From assembly GCA_963828735.1 (NCBI GenBank), contig CAWHFW010000004.1, positions 128,001-192,000 on the forward strand: a DNA stretch of 64,000 nt. The letters are read 5' to 3'. Under the pieces are notes generated by a model. It was given only the letters and a program-made list of their open reading frames with translations. It did not search any database and was not told the DNA's origin. Positions 32,730 through 43,252 of the stretch are shown piece by piece. Source of the stretch: an uncultured Gemmatimonadales bacterium (lineage in GTDB: Bacteria; Gemmatimonadota; Gemmatimonadetes; Gemmatimonadales; GWC2-71-9). How positions within the stretch are numbered: the stretch's first letter is position 1; each line of letters starts with the position of its first letter. The translations under genes and the position numbers were made by a program.

Positions 32730-33997
32730 CCGACAGCCGCTTCGCCGACGCCGGTCTCGATCGGCGGGACGGCACCCTTTGCCTGGGCGGCGTTCCGCTC
32801 GCCGAGATCGCCCGCGCGGTCGGCACGCCCGTCTACGTCTACAACGCGGGCGCGATCCGCGAGCGATACCGGGCGCTCGACGCGGCGCTGGCCGTCCTGC
32901 CGCACCGCATCTGCTACGCGGTCAAGGCCAACAGCACGCTCGCCGTGCTCCGCATCCTGCGCGAGCTCGGTGCCGGCGCCGACATCGTCTCGGGCGGCGA
33001 GATGGCTCGCGCGCTCGCGGCCGGCTTCCCGGCCGAGCGCATCGTGTTCAGCGGCGTCGGCAAGGCCGGCGACGAACTTCGCCGCGCGGTCCAGGCGGGT
33101 CTGGGCCACCTCAACATCGAGTCGGTGGAGGAGCTGCATCGGCTGGCGGCGATCGCGGACGAGGAGCGCACCGACGTCGCCGTCGGCATTCGCGTCAATC
33201 CTGACATCACGACCGACACCCATCCGTACATCTCGACGGGGAAGAGTGGCATCAAGTTCGGCGTGCCGGTGGACCAGGTGCCCGCGGCGGCCGACCTGAT
33301 CGCCGCGCATCCGCGTCTCCGCCTCACCACGCTCGCGATGCATCTCGGGAGCCAGCTCTCGGACACCGATCCGTTCCGGCAGGGCATCGGGCGGCTGCTC
33401 GAGCTGGCCTCAGCGCTCCGGTCCCGGGGCCACGCGCTCGAGGTGATTGACATCGGCGGCGGCCTGGGCATCCGGTATCATCACGAGCAGCCGATGGATC
33501 CGGCCCGGTTCGCCGCCGCTGTCGTCCCGCTGCTCGCCACGACGGGATACATGGTGTACCTCGAGCCCGGCCGGTTCCTGGTCGGCAGCGCCGGCGTGCT
33601 CGTGACCGAGGTGCTCTATCGGAAGCACTCGGGCGGGAAGGAGTTCGTGGTGGTGGACGCTGGGATGAACGACCTCGTCCGTCCCAGCCATTACCAGGCC
33701 TACCACGAGATCGTCTCGCTCGAGTCGAACGAGCAAGCGACGGTTCGGGCGGACGTCGTGGGCCCCGTCTGCGAGACTGGTGACTTCCTCGCCCTCGACC
33801 GCCAGGTCCCGGATGTGGCGGCGGGCGATTGCCTCGCCGTCCTCGGTGCCGGCGCCTACGGCTTCGTCATGGCGTCGAACTACAACTCGCGGCCCCGGCC
33901 CGCGGAGGTCGTGGTGGACGGCGATCGCTGGTGGGTGGCGCGCGCGCGCGAGACGATCGAGCAGCTGTATCAGGGCGAGCAGATGGACCCGGCATGA
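32711..33997 (+). CDS. lysA: Diaminopimelate decarboxylase
   Basis: [40 protein letters not shown]. Confidence 0.95.
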   Translation: MGQGVLTDSRFADAGLDRRDGTLCLGGVPLAEIARAVGTPVYVYNAGAIRERYRALDAALAVLPHRICYAVKANSTLAVLRILRELGAGADIVSGGEMARALAAGFPAERIVFSGVGKAGDELRRAVQAGLGHLNIESVEELHRLAAIADEERTDVAVGIRVNPDITTDTHPYISTGKSGIKFGVPVDQVPAAADLIAAHPRLRLTTLAMHLGSQLSDTDPFRQGIGRLLELASALRSRGHALEVIDIGGGLGIRYHHEQPMDPARFAAAVVPLLATTGYMVYLEPGRFLVGSAGVLVTEVLYRKHSGGKEFVVVDAGMNDLVRPSHYQAYHEIVSLESNEQATVRADVVGPVCETGDFLALDRQVPDVAAGDCLAVLGAGAYGFVMASNYNSRPRPAEVVVDGDRWWVARARETIEQLYQGEQMDPA

Positions 33998-35583
33998 CGC
34001 GGACCACCACAGGAGCATCACGACCCGTGCCCCAGCACCACGACGGCATCCTGATCATCGACTTCGGGTCCCAGTACACCCAGCTCATCGCCCGCCGCGT
34101 GCGCGAGGCGCACGTCTACTGCGAGATCCATCCGCCATCGCGCACGGTGGAGTGGATTCGGAGCTGGCGTCCCAAGGGCATCATCCTCTCGGGCGGCCCG
34201 AACTCGGTCTACGGCGACAGCGTGCCGACGGCCGATCCCGCCCTGCTCGAACTGGGCACCCCGGTGCTCGGCCTCTGCTACGGCATGCAGCTGCTCGCGC
34301 ACCTGTCGGGCGGCAACGTCAAGCGGGCGTCCCGGCGCGAGTACGGCCGGGCCACCGTGAAGATCGAAGGCGGTCGCCTGTTCCGGGGGTTCGGGAAGGG
34401 CGAGGAAACCCCCGTGTGGATGAGCCACGGTGATCACGTGGACGTGCCGCCGCCGGGCTACCGAGTCACCGCGTCGAGCGAGAATAGTCCGGTCGCCGCG
34501 TTCGAGCACGGCCAGCGCCCGCTGTTCGGGGTGCAGTTCCATCCCGAGGTCGCGCATACGCCCCGTGGCGGTGAGATCCTCAGCAACTTCCTGTTCGAGG
34601 TCTGCGGGGTCACGCCGGACTGGACGCCCGGCCATTTCGTCGAGACGGAGATCGAGCGGATTCGCGCCCTGGTCGGTGTCGATCAGCGCGTGATCTGCGG
34701 ACTCTCGGGCGGCGTGGACTCGTCGGTGGCGGCGGTCCTGGTGCACCGGGCGGTCGGCGATCGGCTCACCTGCATCTTCGTCGATCATGGACTGCTGCGC
34801 CTGCACGAGCGGGAGCAGGTCGAAGCGACGTTCCGGCGGCACCTGGGCATCGACCTCCGGGTGGTGGACGCCGGCCCGACGTTTCTCGAGCGCCTCGCCG
34901 GTGTCAGCGACCCGGAGGAAAAGCGGCGGCGCATCGGCCACACGTTCATCGATGTGTTCGAGTCCGAGGCCCGATCCGTCGGGACGGATGTCGGCTTTCT
35001 GGTGCAGGGCACGCTCTATCCCGACGTGATCGAGTCGCTGTCGCCGCAGGGCGGGCCGTCGGCGACGATCAAGACGCACCACAACGTCGGCGGCCTGCCC
35101 GAACGGCTGCCGTTCGAGCTGCTGGAGCCGCTCCGCGAGCTCTTCAAGGACGAAGTGCGACAGGTGGGACGCGAGCTCGGCCTGCCCGAAGAGATGGTCG
35201 GCCGCCATCCATTCCCCGGCCCCGGCCTCGCCATCCGCATCCTCGGCGAGGTGTCGCCCGAAAGCCTCGGCATTCTCCGGCGGGCAGACCACATCTATCT
35301 GGAGGAGATCCGCGCCGCGGGCCTGTACGACGAGATCTGGCAGGCCTTCTCCGTGCTCCTTCCCATCCGCTCGGTAGGCGTCCAGGGGGACTTCCGGAGT
35401 TACGATCAGGTGATCGCCCTGCGGGCCGTCACCAGCCGCGACGGCATGACGGCCGACTGGTACGCCTTCCCGCCCGAGGTCCTCGCGCGCATCTCGAACC
35501 GCATCGCGAACGAAGTCGATGGGGTGAACCGGGTCGTCTACGACGTGAGCTCCAAGCCACCCGCCACGATCGAGTGGGAATGA
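33994..35583 (+). CDS. guaA: GMP synthase (glutamine-hydrolysing)
   Basis: [33 protein letters not shown]. Confidence 0.97.
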   Translation: MTRTTTGASRPVPQHHDGILIIDFGSQYTQLIARRVREAHVYCEIHPPSRTVEWIRSWRPKGIILSGGPNSVYGDSVPTADPALLELGTPVLGLCYGMQLLAHLSGGNVKRASRREYGRATVKIEGGRLFRGFGKGEETPVWMSHGDHVDVPPPGYRVTASSENSPVAAFEHGQRPLFGVQFHPEVAHTPRGGEILSNFLFEVCGVTPDWTPGHFVETEIERIRALVGVDQRVICGLSGGVDSSVAAVLVHRAVGDRLTCIFVDHGLLRLHEREQVEATFRRHLGIDLRVVDAGPTFLERLAGVSDPEEKRRRIGHTFIDVFESEARSVGTDVGFLVQGTLYPDVIESLSPQGGPSATIKTHHNVGGLPERLPFELLEPLRELFKDEVRQVGRELGLPEEMVGRHPFPGPGLAIRILGEVSPESLGILRRADHIYLEEIRAAGLYDEIWQAFSVLLPIRSVGVQGDFRSYDQVIALRAVTSRDGMTADWYAFPPEVLARISNRIANEVDGVNRVVYDVSSKPPATIEWE

Positions 35584-36086
35584 GCCGCCCGCGCGCCGTC
35601 ACGCTGCGCTTCCTCGCCGAGCCGGGACACGTCAACTTCGGCGGCAAGGTGCACGGCGGCGCTGTGATGAAGTGGATCGACCAGACGGGCTACGCCTGCG
35701 CGGCAGGGTGGACGGGCGAATACTGCGTCACGATCTACGTGGGCGGCATTCATTTCATTCGGCCGGTGATGGTCGGCGAGATCGTCGAGTGCCGGGCGCT
35801 CGTGATCCACACGGGCCGAACCAGCTTGCACATCGCGGTGAACATCTACGCGCGCGACCCCAAGGCCACGGAGCTCAAGCGGACGGGGCACTGCGTGATC
35901 GTCTTCGTCGCGCTCGACGAGGGGGGGCGACCGACAGCAGTACCCAGGTGGATCCCGGCGACCGATACCGATCGCGCGCTCCAGGCATACGCGCTCCGGC
36001 TGGTCGAGCTCAGGAAGCTGATGGATGCGGAGATGGACTCACATCTCGCGGAGCTGGAACGCGCGGCAGCGGACCGCGCAGGGTAA
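35580..36086 (+). CDS. Hotdog-fold acyl-CoA thioesterase (YciA-like)
   Basis: [29 protein letters not shown] overlap with guaA. Confidence 0.88.
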   Translation: MSRPRAVTLRFLAEPGHVNFGGKVHGGAVMKWIDQTGYACAAGWTGEYCVTIYVGGIHFIRPVMVGEIVECRALVIHTGRTSLHIAVNIYARDPKATELKRTGHCVIVFVALDEGGRPTAVPRWIPATDTDRALQAYALRLVELRKLMDAEMDSHLAELERAAADRAG

Positions 36087-36149
36087 GAGGTCGCGGCGCT
36101 GCACGGCCGCCCGAGCTGGGCCGGCCGCCAGTGGCCGGCCCCCCCGAGA

Positions 36150-36296
36150 TCAGAGAGCCCTTCGGCCGGTGAAGAAGTTGATCAGGAAGACGATGACCGC
36201 GATGACGAGCAGGAGATGAATCAGCGCGCCCGCGACGTGAAACACGCCCCATCCCAACACCCACGCGATCACGAGTAAGACGGCAAGCCAGATCAT
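36150..36296 (-). CDS. 48-aa membrane protein (lmo0937/DUF5670-like), not in ORF track
   Basis: Hand translation MIWLAVLLVIAWVLGWGVFHVAGALIHLLLVIAVIVFLINFFTGRRAL; GAGG SD upstream. Confidence 0.85.
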   Translation of the reverse strand: MIWLAVLLVIAWVLGWGVFHVAGALIHLLLVIAVIVFLINFFTGRRAL

Positions 36297-36522
36297 ACAC
36301 GCCTCGAGGTAACAGGGTCAGAAGCCATTCGAGCCCGGACAACGGTAACGCCGGGCCGGCCCCGGGTCCGTGACGTGTCCCACCCTCCGGCCCGTCGCTC
36401 ACCGGAGCCGCTGGGTCCGGAACTCCTTCGTCAGCCGTGGCGCCGTCCCGGGAAACCGGTCTAGCATACGGCGCGGGGGCCGCGCCGGAAAGAGCGAGGT
36501 CGCCGGCGGCCGAACGGGTCGT

Positions 36523-38700
36523 CTAGTGGTCTGTCTCAACCACGCGAATGGCGCGGCGCCGCGCGTCCAGGCGTCCGTCGGGACCCGTGACCTTCACCTC
36601 GACGACGTACCGCCCGGGCTTGAGCCGCGCCAGTTGGAGCGTGCGGTGCGCCCGGATCGGATCCCCACCGGCGGCCTCATCCACGTGAAGCGAGACGACG
36701 GGGCGGTCCTCGACCCGGTCGTCACCCCGGACCCGGAACACGCCGATCTCGTGACGATAGGAGGCGCCCGCGCGGGTGCCTGCGGCCTCGTAGTACAGGT
36801 GAACCTCGCTGCCGGCGGGGAACAGGTCGAACGGCGTGAGCAGGACGGTGTCGGCCGGCGTGGGCTCCCAGCGTGCACTCGCCGCTCGAATGCCGAGCGC
36901 AAGATCGCTGAGCGAGAGACTGGGTCCGGGCGAGCGGACGGTGACGCTGTCCCTCGGCAGAACCACCCCGGCCCCCTCGCCTTGCTCCAGCGCCGCGCGC
37001 CAGGCATAGCGGCCAGGGGGCACCGGCAGCTCGACCCGTCCGATGAGATACTGCCCCCGGGCGAGCGCGCGGTCGAGCCGGAAGACCAGCGTCGTATCGG
37101 CGTGCGCCACGGCGTGCTCCGCGCCGTCGAGCGCCACGAGACGGACCCGCACCGCGTAGCTCACCCCGTCGATCTCCGGCGAGGGTGTGGTCGCCGCGGG
37201 GCCGACCGCGAAGACGAACTGTGTGAGCGGCTCGCCGTGCGCCGCGCCGACCGCCACCAGATCGGCATAGGCGGTGAGCCGCTTCGCGAACTGGAGTTCG
37301 TAGGAGTCAGTGGTGGTCCCGTAGTCGATGCTCGCGCGGCCGATGTTCCGCTCGGTCGCGCGGGCGTGCGCGGCGCCGTGGGGCCCCCAATGCAGCATCC
37401 GGCCGTACAGCGGCGAAAGCGTCTGGCGCGACAGGAGCAGCTGGTCGTCCGGCGCGCCCGCCGCGCCACGCAGGTCGAGCACGCTCTCCACCAGTCGATA
37501 GTCGTACAGGTCACCGCCGCCGCTGTCGTCGTAACCCGCGCTGAAGTGAAACAGCAGGTCGCCGTCGGCCCGGCCATAACGCCAGGTCTCGTTGGGCATC
37601 AGGCCGAACACGAACGGCTTGAGGCGTAGAGCCGGCTCGCCATGGCGCACGTAGATCACGCCGCGGTCGTCGAGCTCCTCGCTGCCGGAGCGGTACGCGT
37701 CCTGGTCTCCATAGAAGCGCCGCGAGACGGTCAGGGCGAAGTGACGACGAGCGTACAGGAGGCGGCGGTAATGCTCTCGCAGCCGCTCGCCATCGGCGCG
37801 TAGCTCGGCCCGGTCCCGGTCCGACCAGAACCGCGCGAGCCACGCGGCGCGATCGGCGCCGTGGACCGCGTCGAAGCGAGCGAGCTCCGAGTCCGGGGCG
37901 ATCGGAGCCAGATCTTCGCGGTAGCCGGCCACGGTCGCGGAGTCATCACTCACCGCCCCCTCGAAATACGGGCGATCGCCATCCTTCGACCCGAGGCCCA
38001 GGCTCGTGCGCGCCCATTCCAGCCGGGCCACTGCCGCGGAGGAGCCGCTCCCGTCGGCGGCGTGCTCGAACGACACGAGCGCCGACTCGGGCTCATCCGC
38101 GGCACGCTCGAGCCTGCCGCGTGCCAGCAGGAGATCGGCCGGCGCGTCCGTCATCGCCGCCGAGGCGCGGCGCAGCGCGTCTCGGGCCGGGACGAAGAGC
38201 GCGGTGTCGTGCAGCGCCAGCGCCACGTGGGCGAGGGTCAGCGCGGCTGGCACGTAGCGGGGGTCGGCCTCGAGCGCGCGGCGCTCGTACTCGATGGCAC
38301 GCTCGAGCGTACCCGTGCCCACGCGATTGCCAAGCGCGACCGGATCCGCGCGCTCCCAGGCCGCGCGGCGCATCTCCGCCGCGGCGAGCGCGTGCCAGGC
38401 CTGCGGCCACGCGGGCTCGCGCTTGACCAGGCGGCGCAGCGCGTCTCGCGCGTCGCCTGCGTCGGCGTCCGCGCCCAGCTCCGCGCGGCGAAGCGCGACG
38501 AGCGCGAAGCGGAGGGACGAGACAGGATCTTGGGGCCGGCGTCCGGCGAGGGCCTGTTGGAGGAGGGCGAGCGCGGAGGTGTCCTGGGCGGCGGCGAGGG
38601 AGTCGCGGAAGCGATCGAGCGCGGTGCGGTCCGACGCGGTCTGGCCGGCGAGTGCCGTAGGCAATGCCAGTACCAGCAGGGTCGGGAACCACGAGCGCAC
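36523..38700 (-). CDS. Secreted GWxTD-domain-like protein with TPR-like N-terminus
   Basis: Signal peptide; FW..RD..ERLREHYRRL..A and DDRGVIYVRHGEP..ETWRY motifs; C-terminal beta sandwich (LKPGRYVVEV). Confidence 0.78.
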   Translation of the reverse strand: MRSWFPTLLVLALPTALAGQTASDRTALDRFRDSLAAAQDTSALALLQQALAGRRPQDPVSSLRFALVALRRAELGADADAGDARDALRRLVKREPAWPQAWHALAAAEMRRAAWERADPVALGNRVGTGTLERAIEYERRALEADPRYVPAALTLAHVALALHDTALFVPARDALRRASAAMTDAPADLLLARGRLERAADEPESALVSFEHAADGSGSSAAVARLEWARTSLGLGSKDGDRPYFEGAVSDDSATVAGYREDLAPIAPDSELARFDAVHGADRAAWLARFWSDRDRAELRADGERLREHYRRLLYARRHFALTVSRRFYGDQDAYRSGSEELDDRGVIYVRHGEPALRLKPFVFGLMPNETWRYGRADGDLLFHFSAGYDDSGGGDLYDYRLVESVLDLRGAAGAPDDQLLLSRQTLSPLYGRMLHWGPHGAAHARATERNIGRASIDYGTTTDSYELQFAKRLTAYADLVAVGAAHGEPLTQFVFAVGPAATTPSPEIDGVSYAVRVRLVALDGAEHAVAHADTTLVFRLDRALARGQYLIGRVELPVPPGRYAWRAALEQGEGAGVVLPRDSVTVRSPGPSLSLSDLALGIRAASARWEPTPADTVLLTPFDLFPAGSEVHLYYEAAGTRAGASYRHEIGVFRVRGDDRVEDRPVVSLHVDEAAGGDPIRAHRTLQLARLKPGRYVVEVKVTGPDGRLDARRRAIRVVETDH

Positions 38701-38703
38701 GGG

Positions 38704-39156
38704 CTACACTCCCTTCTCTCCCAGCAGTCGCAGGAAGTCGTCCGACGACCGAAGCGCGGCGAGCCGGTCGGGAACGTCGGGCTCCTTGGCGAACTGCGCG
38801 ATCTTCCCCAGCACCGGGAGGTACTGGTTGGACACCTCGAGTGGGGGGGCCACGATCAGAAAGAAATCGAAGACCGGGCGGTTGTCGATGGCCTGGTACT
38901 CGATGCCCGTCACGTGGTGCCCATAGGCGATCCGGAGACGACTCACCACCAGCGACCGGCAATGCGGAATCGCGATTCCCCGGCCCACGCCGGTGGAGCC
39001 CAGGGTCTCCCGCCGCTGGAGCATGCGCAGCAGCGAGTCGCTCGCCGCGTCGTCGAGACGAAGCAGCCCCACGAGCTCCGTGAGGATCTCATCCTTGGCG
39101 CCGCCGCGAAGCCCGATGGAGATGGCATCCGGCGAGAAGAAGTCGGCGAGGTGCAT
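38704..39156 (-). CDS. PTS IIA domain protein (PtsN/fructose-mannitol family)
   Basis: RETLGSTGVGRGIAIPHCR with the phosphorylatable His. Confidence 0.9.
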   Translation of the reverse strand: MHLADFFSPDAISIGLRGGAKDEILTELVGLLRLDDAASDSLLRMLQRRETLGSTGVGRGIAIPHCRSLVVSRLRIAYGHHVTGIEYQAIDNRPVFDFFLIVAPPLEVSNQYLPVLGKIAQFAKEPDVPDRLAALRSSDDFLRLLGEKGV

Positions 39157-39221
39157 GGTGTGGCGGCAACCTAGTGCTGGCCGTGTCGATCCGTCAACGG
39201 GCCGGCACCACCGCCAGCACC

Positions 39222-40511
39222 TCAGAGTGGAAGGCGCAACACCAGCGGCGACTGCAGGGGCGTGGATGTGTCGAGCGTCCCGTCCTCGCGAAAGCGCTCC
39301 CACTGGCTGTTCGCCACGTAGTACAGCGACGGTCCCACCAGCACCCCGAGCGTCGGCTCGGCGTAGTCGGGGCGCGCGCGCTCCAGCACCTCCATCGACG
39401 CGAGCCGTCGACCGGCCTCATCGAGATGGAGACGCACGACGCGGGCGGGACTCACACCGTTCTGGATGCCCACCAGGCCCTCACCGGTGGCGTACAGCCC
39501 GTCGACCCCGAGTGCCATGACACCGTCCGCCGGGGGCAGGAGGGCCACCTCGCGCGTCGTCATGTCCACGCGCAGAATGCCGCGAGAATAGTCAGCGATG
39601 TACATCGAGCGCTCGTCGCGGTCGAACGCCATGCCCTGCGCGGACAGGAGGAGTGGGGAGGTGAGAAACCTTTCCAGGGTGTCGCTCCCGGGCCGCACCC
39701 GATAGACCGTGGGGGCGCGGCTGTCGCTCGCGTACACGTCACCGCCACGGGTGATGGTCACATCGCCCAGTGCGTGCGGCGCGGCGTCGGGGGAGATAAG
39801 GTAGCGTCCGCGCAGCGCACCGGTGGACAGGTCGTATGCGAACACGCCGGACCGCCCGGCCTCGGTGCTGTCGTACCCGACCATCTGCGGCACGGCCGTC
39901 GCTGCGACCCACAGGAGCCCGCGTGACGAATCGGCCCGCATGCCGAGCGGCGCCCAGAGGCCGTCCCGCGCGGACGAGACGAATTCCGTGACCCGGCCGG
40001 ACCGGTCGACGCGCAGGATCTTGCGATGGTGCACGCTGCCGACGAAGAAGGCCCTCGTGCGAGGGTCATACGCGACGCCCTCGGTCAGGAGATCGCGTTC
40101 GGGCAGGGTGAAGGCGGCCTCGGATCGCATCAGGGGCGTGGCGTTCCGGCTCAGCGCCCGGCGCACCGCATCGAACTGGGGAAGCGAGCGTAGCGGGGCG
40201 AGGTCCGAGTCCGCCATGACGTCGGCCGTGTAGCCGAGCGCGGCGAAGCGCTGGAGCATCGCGAGGGCGCCCGCGGTATCACCGGCCATCGCGTAGGCGG
40301 ACGCGAGGGTGTAGATCACCCCGCCGTGATCCGGCCGGAGGCGTTCCGCCTCGCGGGCGTGGGCGAGAAAGCCCGGAACATCGTGCGCTTCGTACGCCTT
40401 GACCGCCTGTTGGTGCGCGGCCCGAGAGGCGAGGACCGGATCGTCCTGTGCGGCGGCGGGCGCGGCGAGGATCGCGAGCGCCATGGTCACTAAGGTGATG
40501 TGTGGGGGCAT
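39222..40511 (-). CDS. Secreted protein, TPR-like N-terminus plus SMP-30/gluconolactonase-like beta-propeller
   Basis: Signal AAPAAAQ; EGVAYD, FFVGS, QGMAFD, GVDGL propeller blades. Confidence 0.7.
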   Translation of the reverse strand: MPPHITLVTMALAILAAPAAAQDDPVLASRAAHQQAVKAYEAHDVPGFLAHAREAERLRPDHGGVIYTLASAYAMAGDTAGALAMLQRFAALGYTADVMADSDLAPLRSLPQFDAVRRALSRNATPLMRSEAAFTLPERDLLTEGVAYDPRTRAFFVGSVHHRKILRVDRSGRVTEFVSSARDGLWAPLGMRADSSRGLLWVAATAVPQMVGYDSTEAGRSGVFAYDLSTGALRGRYLISPDAAPHALGDVTITRGGDVYASDSRAPTVYRVRPGSDTLERFLTSPLLLSAQGMAFDRDERSMYIADYSRGILRVDMTTREVALLPPADGVMALGVDGLYATGEGLVGIQNGVSPARVVRLHLDEAGRRLASMEVLERARPDYAEPTLGVLVGPSLYYVANSQWERFREDGTLDTSTPLQSPLVLRLPL

Positions 40512-40546
40512 GGAGGCACTACGCCCACCCGCCAGCCTGGGTTCCA

Positions 40547-40575
40547 TTGCCGTCCGTCCAGCCGCCAAGTATTTT
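40547..40575 (+). promoter_or_regulatory. Putative promoter placing the transcription start at the dusB ATG (leaderless)
   Basis: TTGCCG-N17-TATTTT-N6-ATG, no SD. Confidence 0.6.
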
Positions 40576-40581
40576 CTCCCC

Positions 40582-41565
40582 ATGCAGTTGCCCTTTCCGT
40601 CCGAGCACGAGTTCCCCCTCCTCCTGGCCCCGATGGCCGGGGTGTCGGAGGCGCCGTTCCGCCAGATCTGCCGGCGAATGGGCGCCGATGTCGTGCTGTC
40701 CGAGTTCCTCTCCTCGGAGGCCATCCGGCGCCGCATCCGGAACACGCTCGAAGGAGCGGAGTTCGAGGAGGTCGAGCGGCCCATCGGCATCCAGATCTAT
40801 GGCGCCGACGCCAACGCGATGGCGGAGGCGGCCGGGCTCATCACCGAGCATTACCGGCCCGAGTTCATCGACATCAACTTCGGCTGCCCGGTCAAGAAGG
40901 TCGTACAGCGGAACGGTGGCTCGGGATGTCTGCGCGACATGGAGCTGGTCGAGCGCATCATCCGCGCGGTCATCGGAGCCACGCACCTGCCGGTCACGGT
41001 CAAGACCCGGAGCGGATGGAACGACGAGACGCGGGATCCCGTCAGCATCGCGCGCCGGATGCAGGATGCGGGTGCACGGGCGTTCACGTTGCATGCACGC
41101 ACCCGCACGCAGATGTTCTCGGGCAAGGCCAACTGGGACGAGATCGCGCGGGTGGTCGAAGCGCTCGACATTCCGGTCATCGGCAACGGCGACATCCAGA
41201 CGGCCGAGGACATCGTGCGCATGCGGAATCACACCCGGTGCGCCGGCCTCATGATCGGCCGCGGCGCCTTCGGGAATCCATGGCTCTTCCGCGACGGGCG
41301 GGCCCTGCTCGAGGGCCGCGCGACTCCGCTCGCACCCGGCGCCGCCGAGCGATTCCGGGTGGCTCTCGACCACGCCCGGCTGGCGCTCCGGCTCCAGGGG
41401 GACACCCGGAAGACCGTCATCGAGTTCCGGAAGCACCTCGGCTGGTACACGAAGGGTCTGCACGGCGCGAGCGACCTCCGCCAGCGGCTGTTCCAGATCG
41501 AGTCGATCGCGGAGGCCGAGGCGACCTTCCTCGAGTATCTCGAGCCGGTCGCCGCAGTGGCGTGA
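40582..41565 (+). CDS. dusB: tRNA-dihydrouridine synthase
   Basis: LAPMAGVS, DINFGCP, HARTR, GNGDI, IGRGAFGNPW. Confidence 0.92.
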   Translation: MQLPFPSEHEFPLLLAPMAGVSEAPFRQICRRMGADVVLSEFLSSEAIRRRIRNTLEGAEFEEVERPIGIQIYGADANAMAEAAGLITEHYRPEFIDINFGCPVKKVVQRNGGSGCLRDMELVERIIRAVIGATHLPVTVKTRSGWNDETRDPVSIARRMQDAGARAFTLHARTRTQMFSGKANWDEIARVVEALDIPVIGNGDIQTAEDIVRMRNHTRCAGLMIGRGAFGNPWLFRDGRALLEGRATPLAPGAAERFRVALDHARLALRLQGDTRKTVIEFRKHLGWYTKGLHGASDLRQRLFQIESIAEAEATFLEYLEPVAAVA

Positions 41566-42311
41566 GACCCGAGCAGCTCGAGGTCCTCCTCGCCGACGTC
41601 GCCGCCGGGCGCGTGGCGCCGGGTGCAGCGCTCGAGCGCCTGCGCCACCTTCCGTTCGAAGATCTTCCGTTCGCCCGCATCGACCATCATCGCGCCCTGC
41701 GACAGGGGCAACCCGAAGTCGTGTTCTGCGAGGGGAAGTCCCTGGAGCAGGTGGTCGCGATCTGCGAGCGGCTCGAGGCGGCCACAGGTTCGTTTCTCGG
41801 GACGCGCGCGAACGAGGCGACGGCAACCGCGCTGCGTGGCCGGTTCCCGCACGTCCGCTGGAATCCCGCCGGGCGCACCGTGTGGCTCCCAGCCGAGGAC
41901 GCGCCCCCGCCGACCGCCGGTCCCGTGCTCGTCGTATCCGCCGGCACCAGCGATCTCCCGGTCGCCGAGGAGGCAGCGACGGTCGCGGAGGCGTTCGGTG
42001 TCTGCGTCGAGCGGCTGATGGACGTGGGGGTCGCCGGTATCCATCGGCTGCTCGCCGAGGGCGACGCGCTTGGCCGCGCGAAGGTCATAGTCGTCGTCGC
42101 CGGAATGGAGGGCGCGCTGCCCAGTGTGGTCGGGGGGCTCGTCGCGGTGCCGGTCATCGCCGTGCCCACGAGCGTCGGGTACGGGGCCTCGTTCGGCGGC
42201 CTCGCCGCGCTCCTCGGCATGCTCAACTCGTGCGCGGCCGGCGTCACGGTCGTGAACATCGACAACGGCTTCGGCGCGGGGGCCGCGGCGAGCCGGATCT
42301 GCCGTTCGTGA
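41562..42311 (+). CDS. larB: Nickel-pincer cofactor biosynthesis protein LarB (PurE-like fold)
   Basis: DHHRALRQGQPEVV..GK, AGTSDLPVAEEA, DVGVAGIHRL, AGMEGALPSV, PTSVGYG, NSCA..VVNIDNGFGA. Confidence 0.88.
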   Translation: MRPEQLEVLLADVAAGRVAPGAALERLRHLPFEDLPFARIDHHRALRQGQPEVVFCEGKSLEQVVAICERLEAATGSFLGTRANEATATALRGRFPHVRWNPAGRTVWLPAEDAPPPTAGPVLVVSAGTSDLPVAEEAATVAEAFGVCVERLMDVGVAGIHRLLAEGDALGRAKVIVVVAGMEGALPSVVGGLVAVPVIAVPTSVGYGASFGGLAALLGMLNSCAAGVTVVNIDNGFGAGAAASRICRS

Positions 42312-43252
42312 CCGCGCGAACCGTTCTCAAGCGGACCGAGCCGCCGCTCGTCTGGATCGACATCGTGGCGCCTACCGCGGCGGAGCTGGAAGAGGTATCC
42401 AAGACCTACGGTCTCCAGCCGACCTCCGTCCTAGATTGCCTCGATCCCGAACATCTTCCCAAGTTCGAGCAGTTCGAGAACTACGCCTTCGTCATCATCC
42501 GGACCTTCGACCAGCAGGCCGAGGGAAGCTGCTCCACGGTGCAGGAGCTCACCCGCAAGGTGGCGATCTTCTCCGGCCAGTCGTTTCTCATCACCATCCA
42601 CCGCACGGAACAGGCATGGCTGAAGGCGCTGCAGGAGAAGTTCGAGGGGAACCAGGCCGGTCACGCGGGCAAAGAGGGGCTCCAGGCGTACGCCATCACA
42701 CAGGTGCTCAACGCAGCGGTGGACACCTACCTCAAGCCGATGGAATCGATCGAATCGAGGATCGACGCCTTCGAGGAGACCGTATTCGGCGGTCAGGACT
42801 CGGATAGCCGGGCCTTCTCGCAGGACCTGCGTGGCATTCACGTGCTCAAGCGTCAGGTGACGCTGATCAAGCGGCTGCTCTGGCGGACCCTCGACGTGGT
42901 GCAACGGATGACGCCCGCGAGCGGACGCGCGGCCACGCTGTTCCGGGACGTGCAGGAGAACGTCGAGAGCTACCACTTCTATGCCGACGAGCTGCTCGAC
43001 GACGCGAACACCATCCTCAATCTCCAGCTCGCGCTCGCCGCCCACCGGACCGGAGAGGTCATGCGGATCCTGACCGTCTTTTCCGTGTTCTTTCTCCCGC
43101 TCACCTTCCTCGTGGGCGTCTACGGCATGAACTTCGATTTCATGCCCGAGCTCCGCTCGCCCTGGGGTTATCCCGCCGTGCTGGCCGGGATGGGCGGGAT
43201 CGTTCTCGCGATCTATCTCTGGTTCCGCCGGCGCGGATGGCTTCGGGATTGA
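42308..43252 (+). CDS. corA: CorA-family divalent cation transporter
   Basis: YGMNF..MPEL..WGY signature with two C-terminal TMs. Confidence 0.92.
   Translation: MTARTVLKRTEPPLVWIDIVAPTAAELEEVSKTYGLQPTSVLDCLDPEHLPKFEQFENYAFVIIRTFDQQAEGSCSTVQELTRKVAIFSGQSFLITIHRTEQAWLKALQEKFEGNQAGHAGKEGLQAYAITQVLNAAVDTYLKPMESIESRIDAFEETVFGGQDSDSRAFSQDLRGIHVLKRQVTLIKRLLWRTLDVVQRMTPASGRAATLFRDVQENVESYHFYADELLDDANTILNLQLALAAHRTGEVMRILTVFSVFFLPLTFLVGVYGMNFDFMPELRSPWGYPAVLAGMGGIVLAIYLWFRRRGWLRD

Noticed and set aside
36297..36460. CTGACGA on the - strand resembling a hammerhead core or riboswitch
   Set aside because: No downstream GAAA core or stem II, and no match to ZTP, TPP or SAM consensus that I could verify
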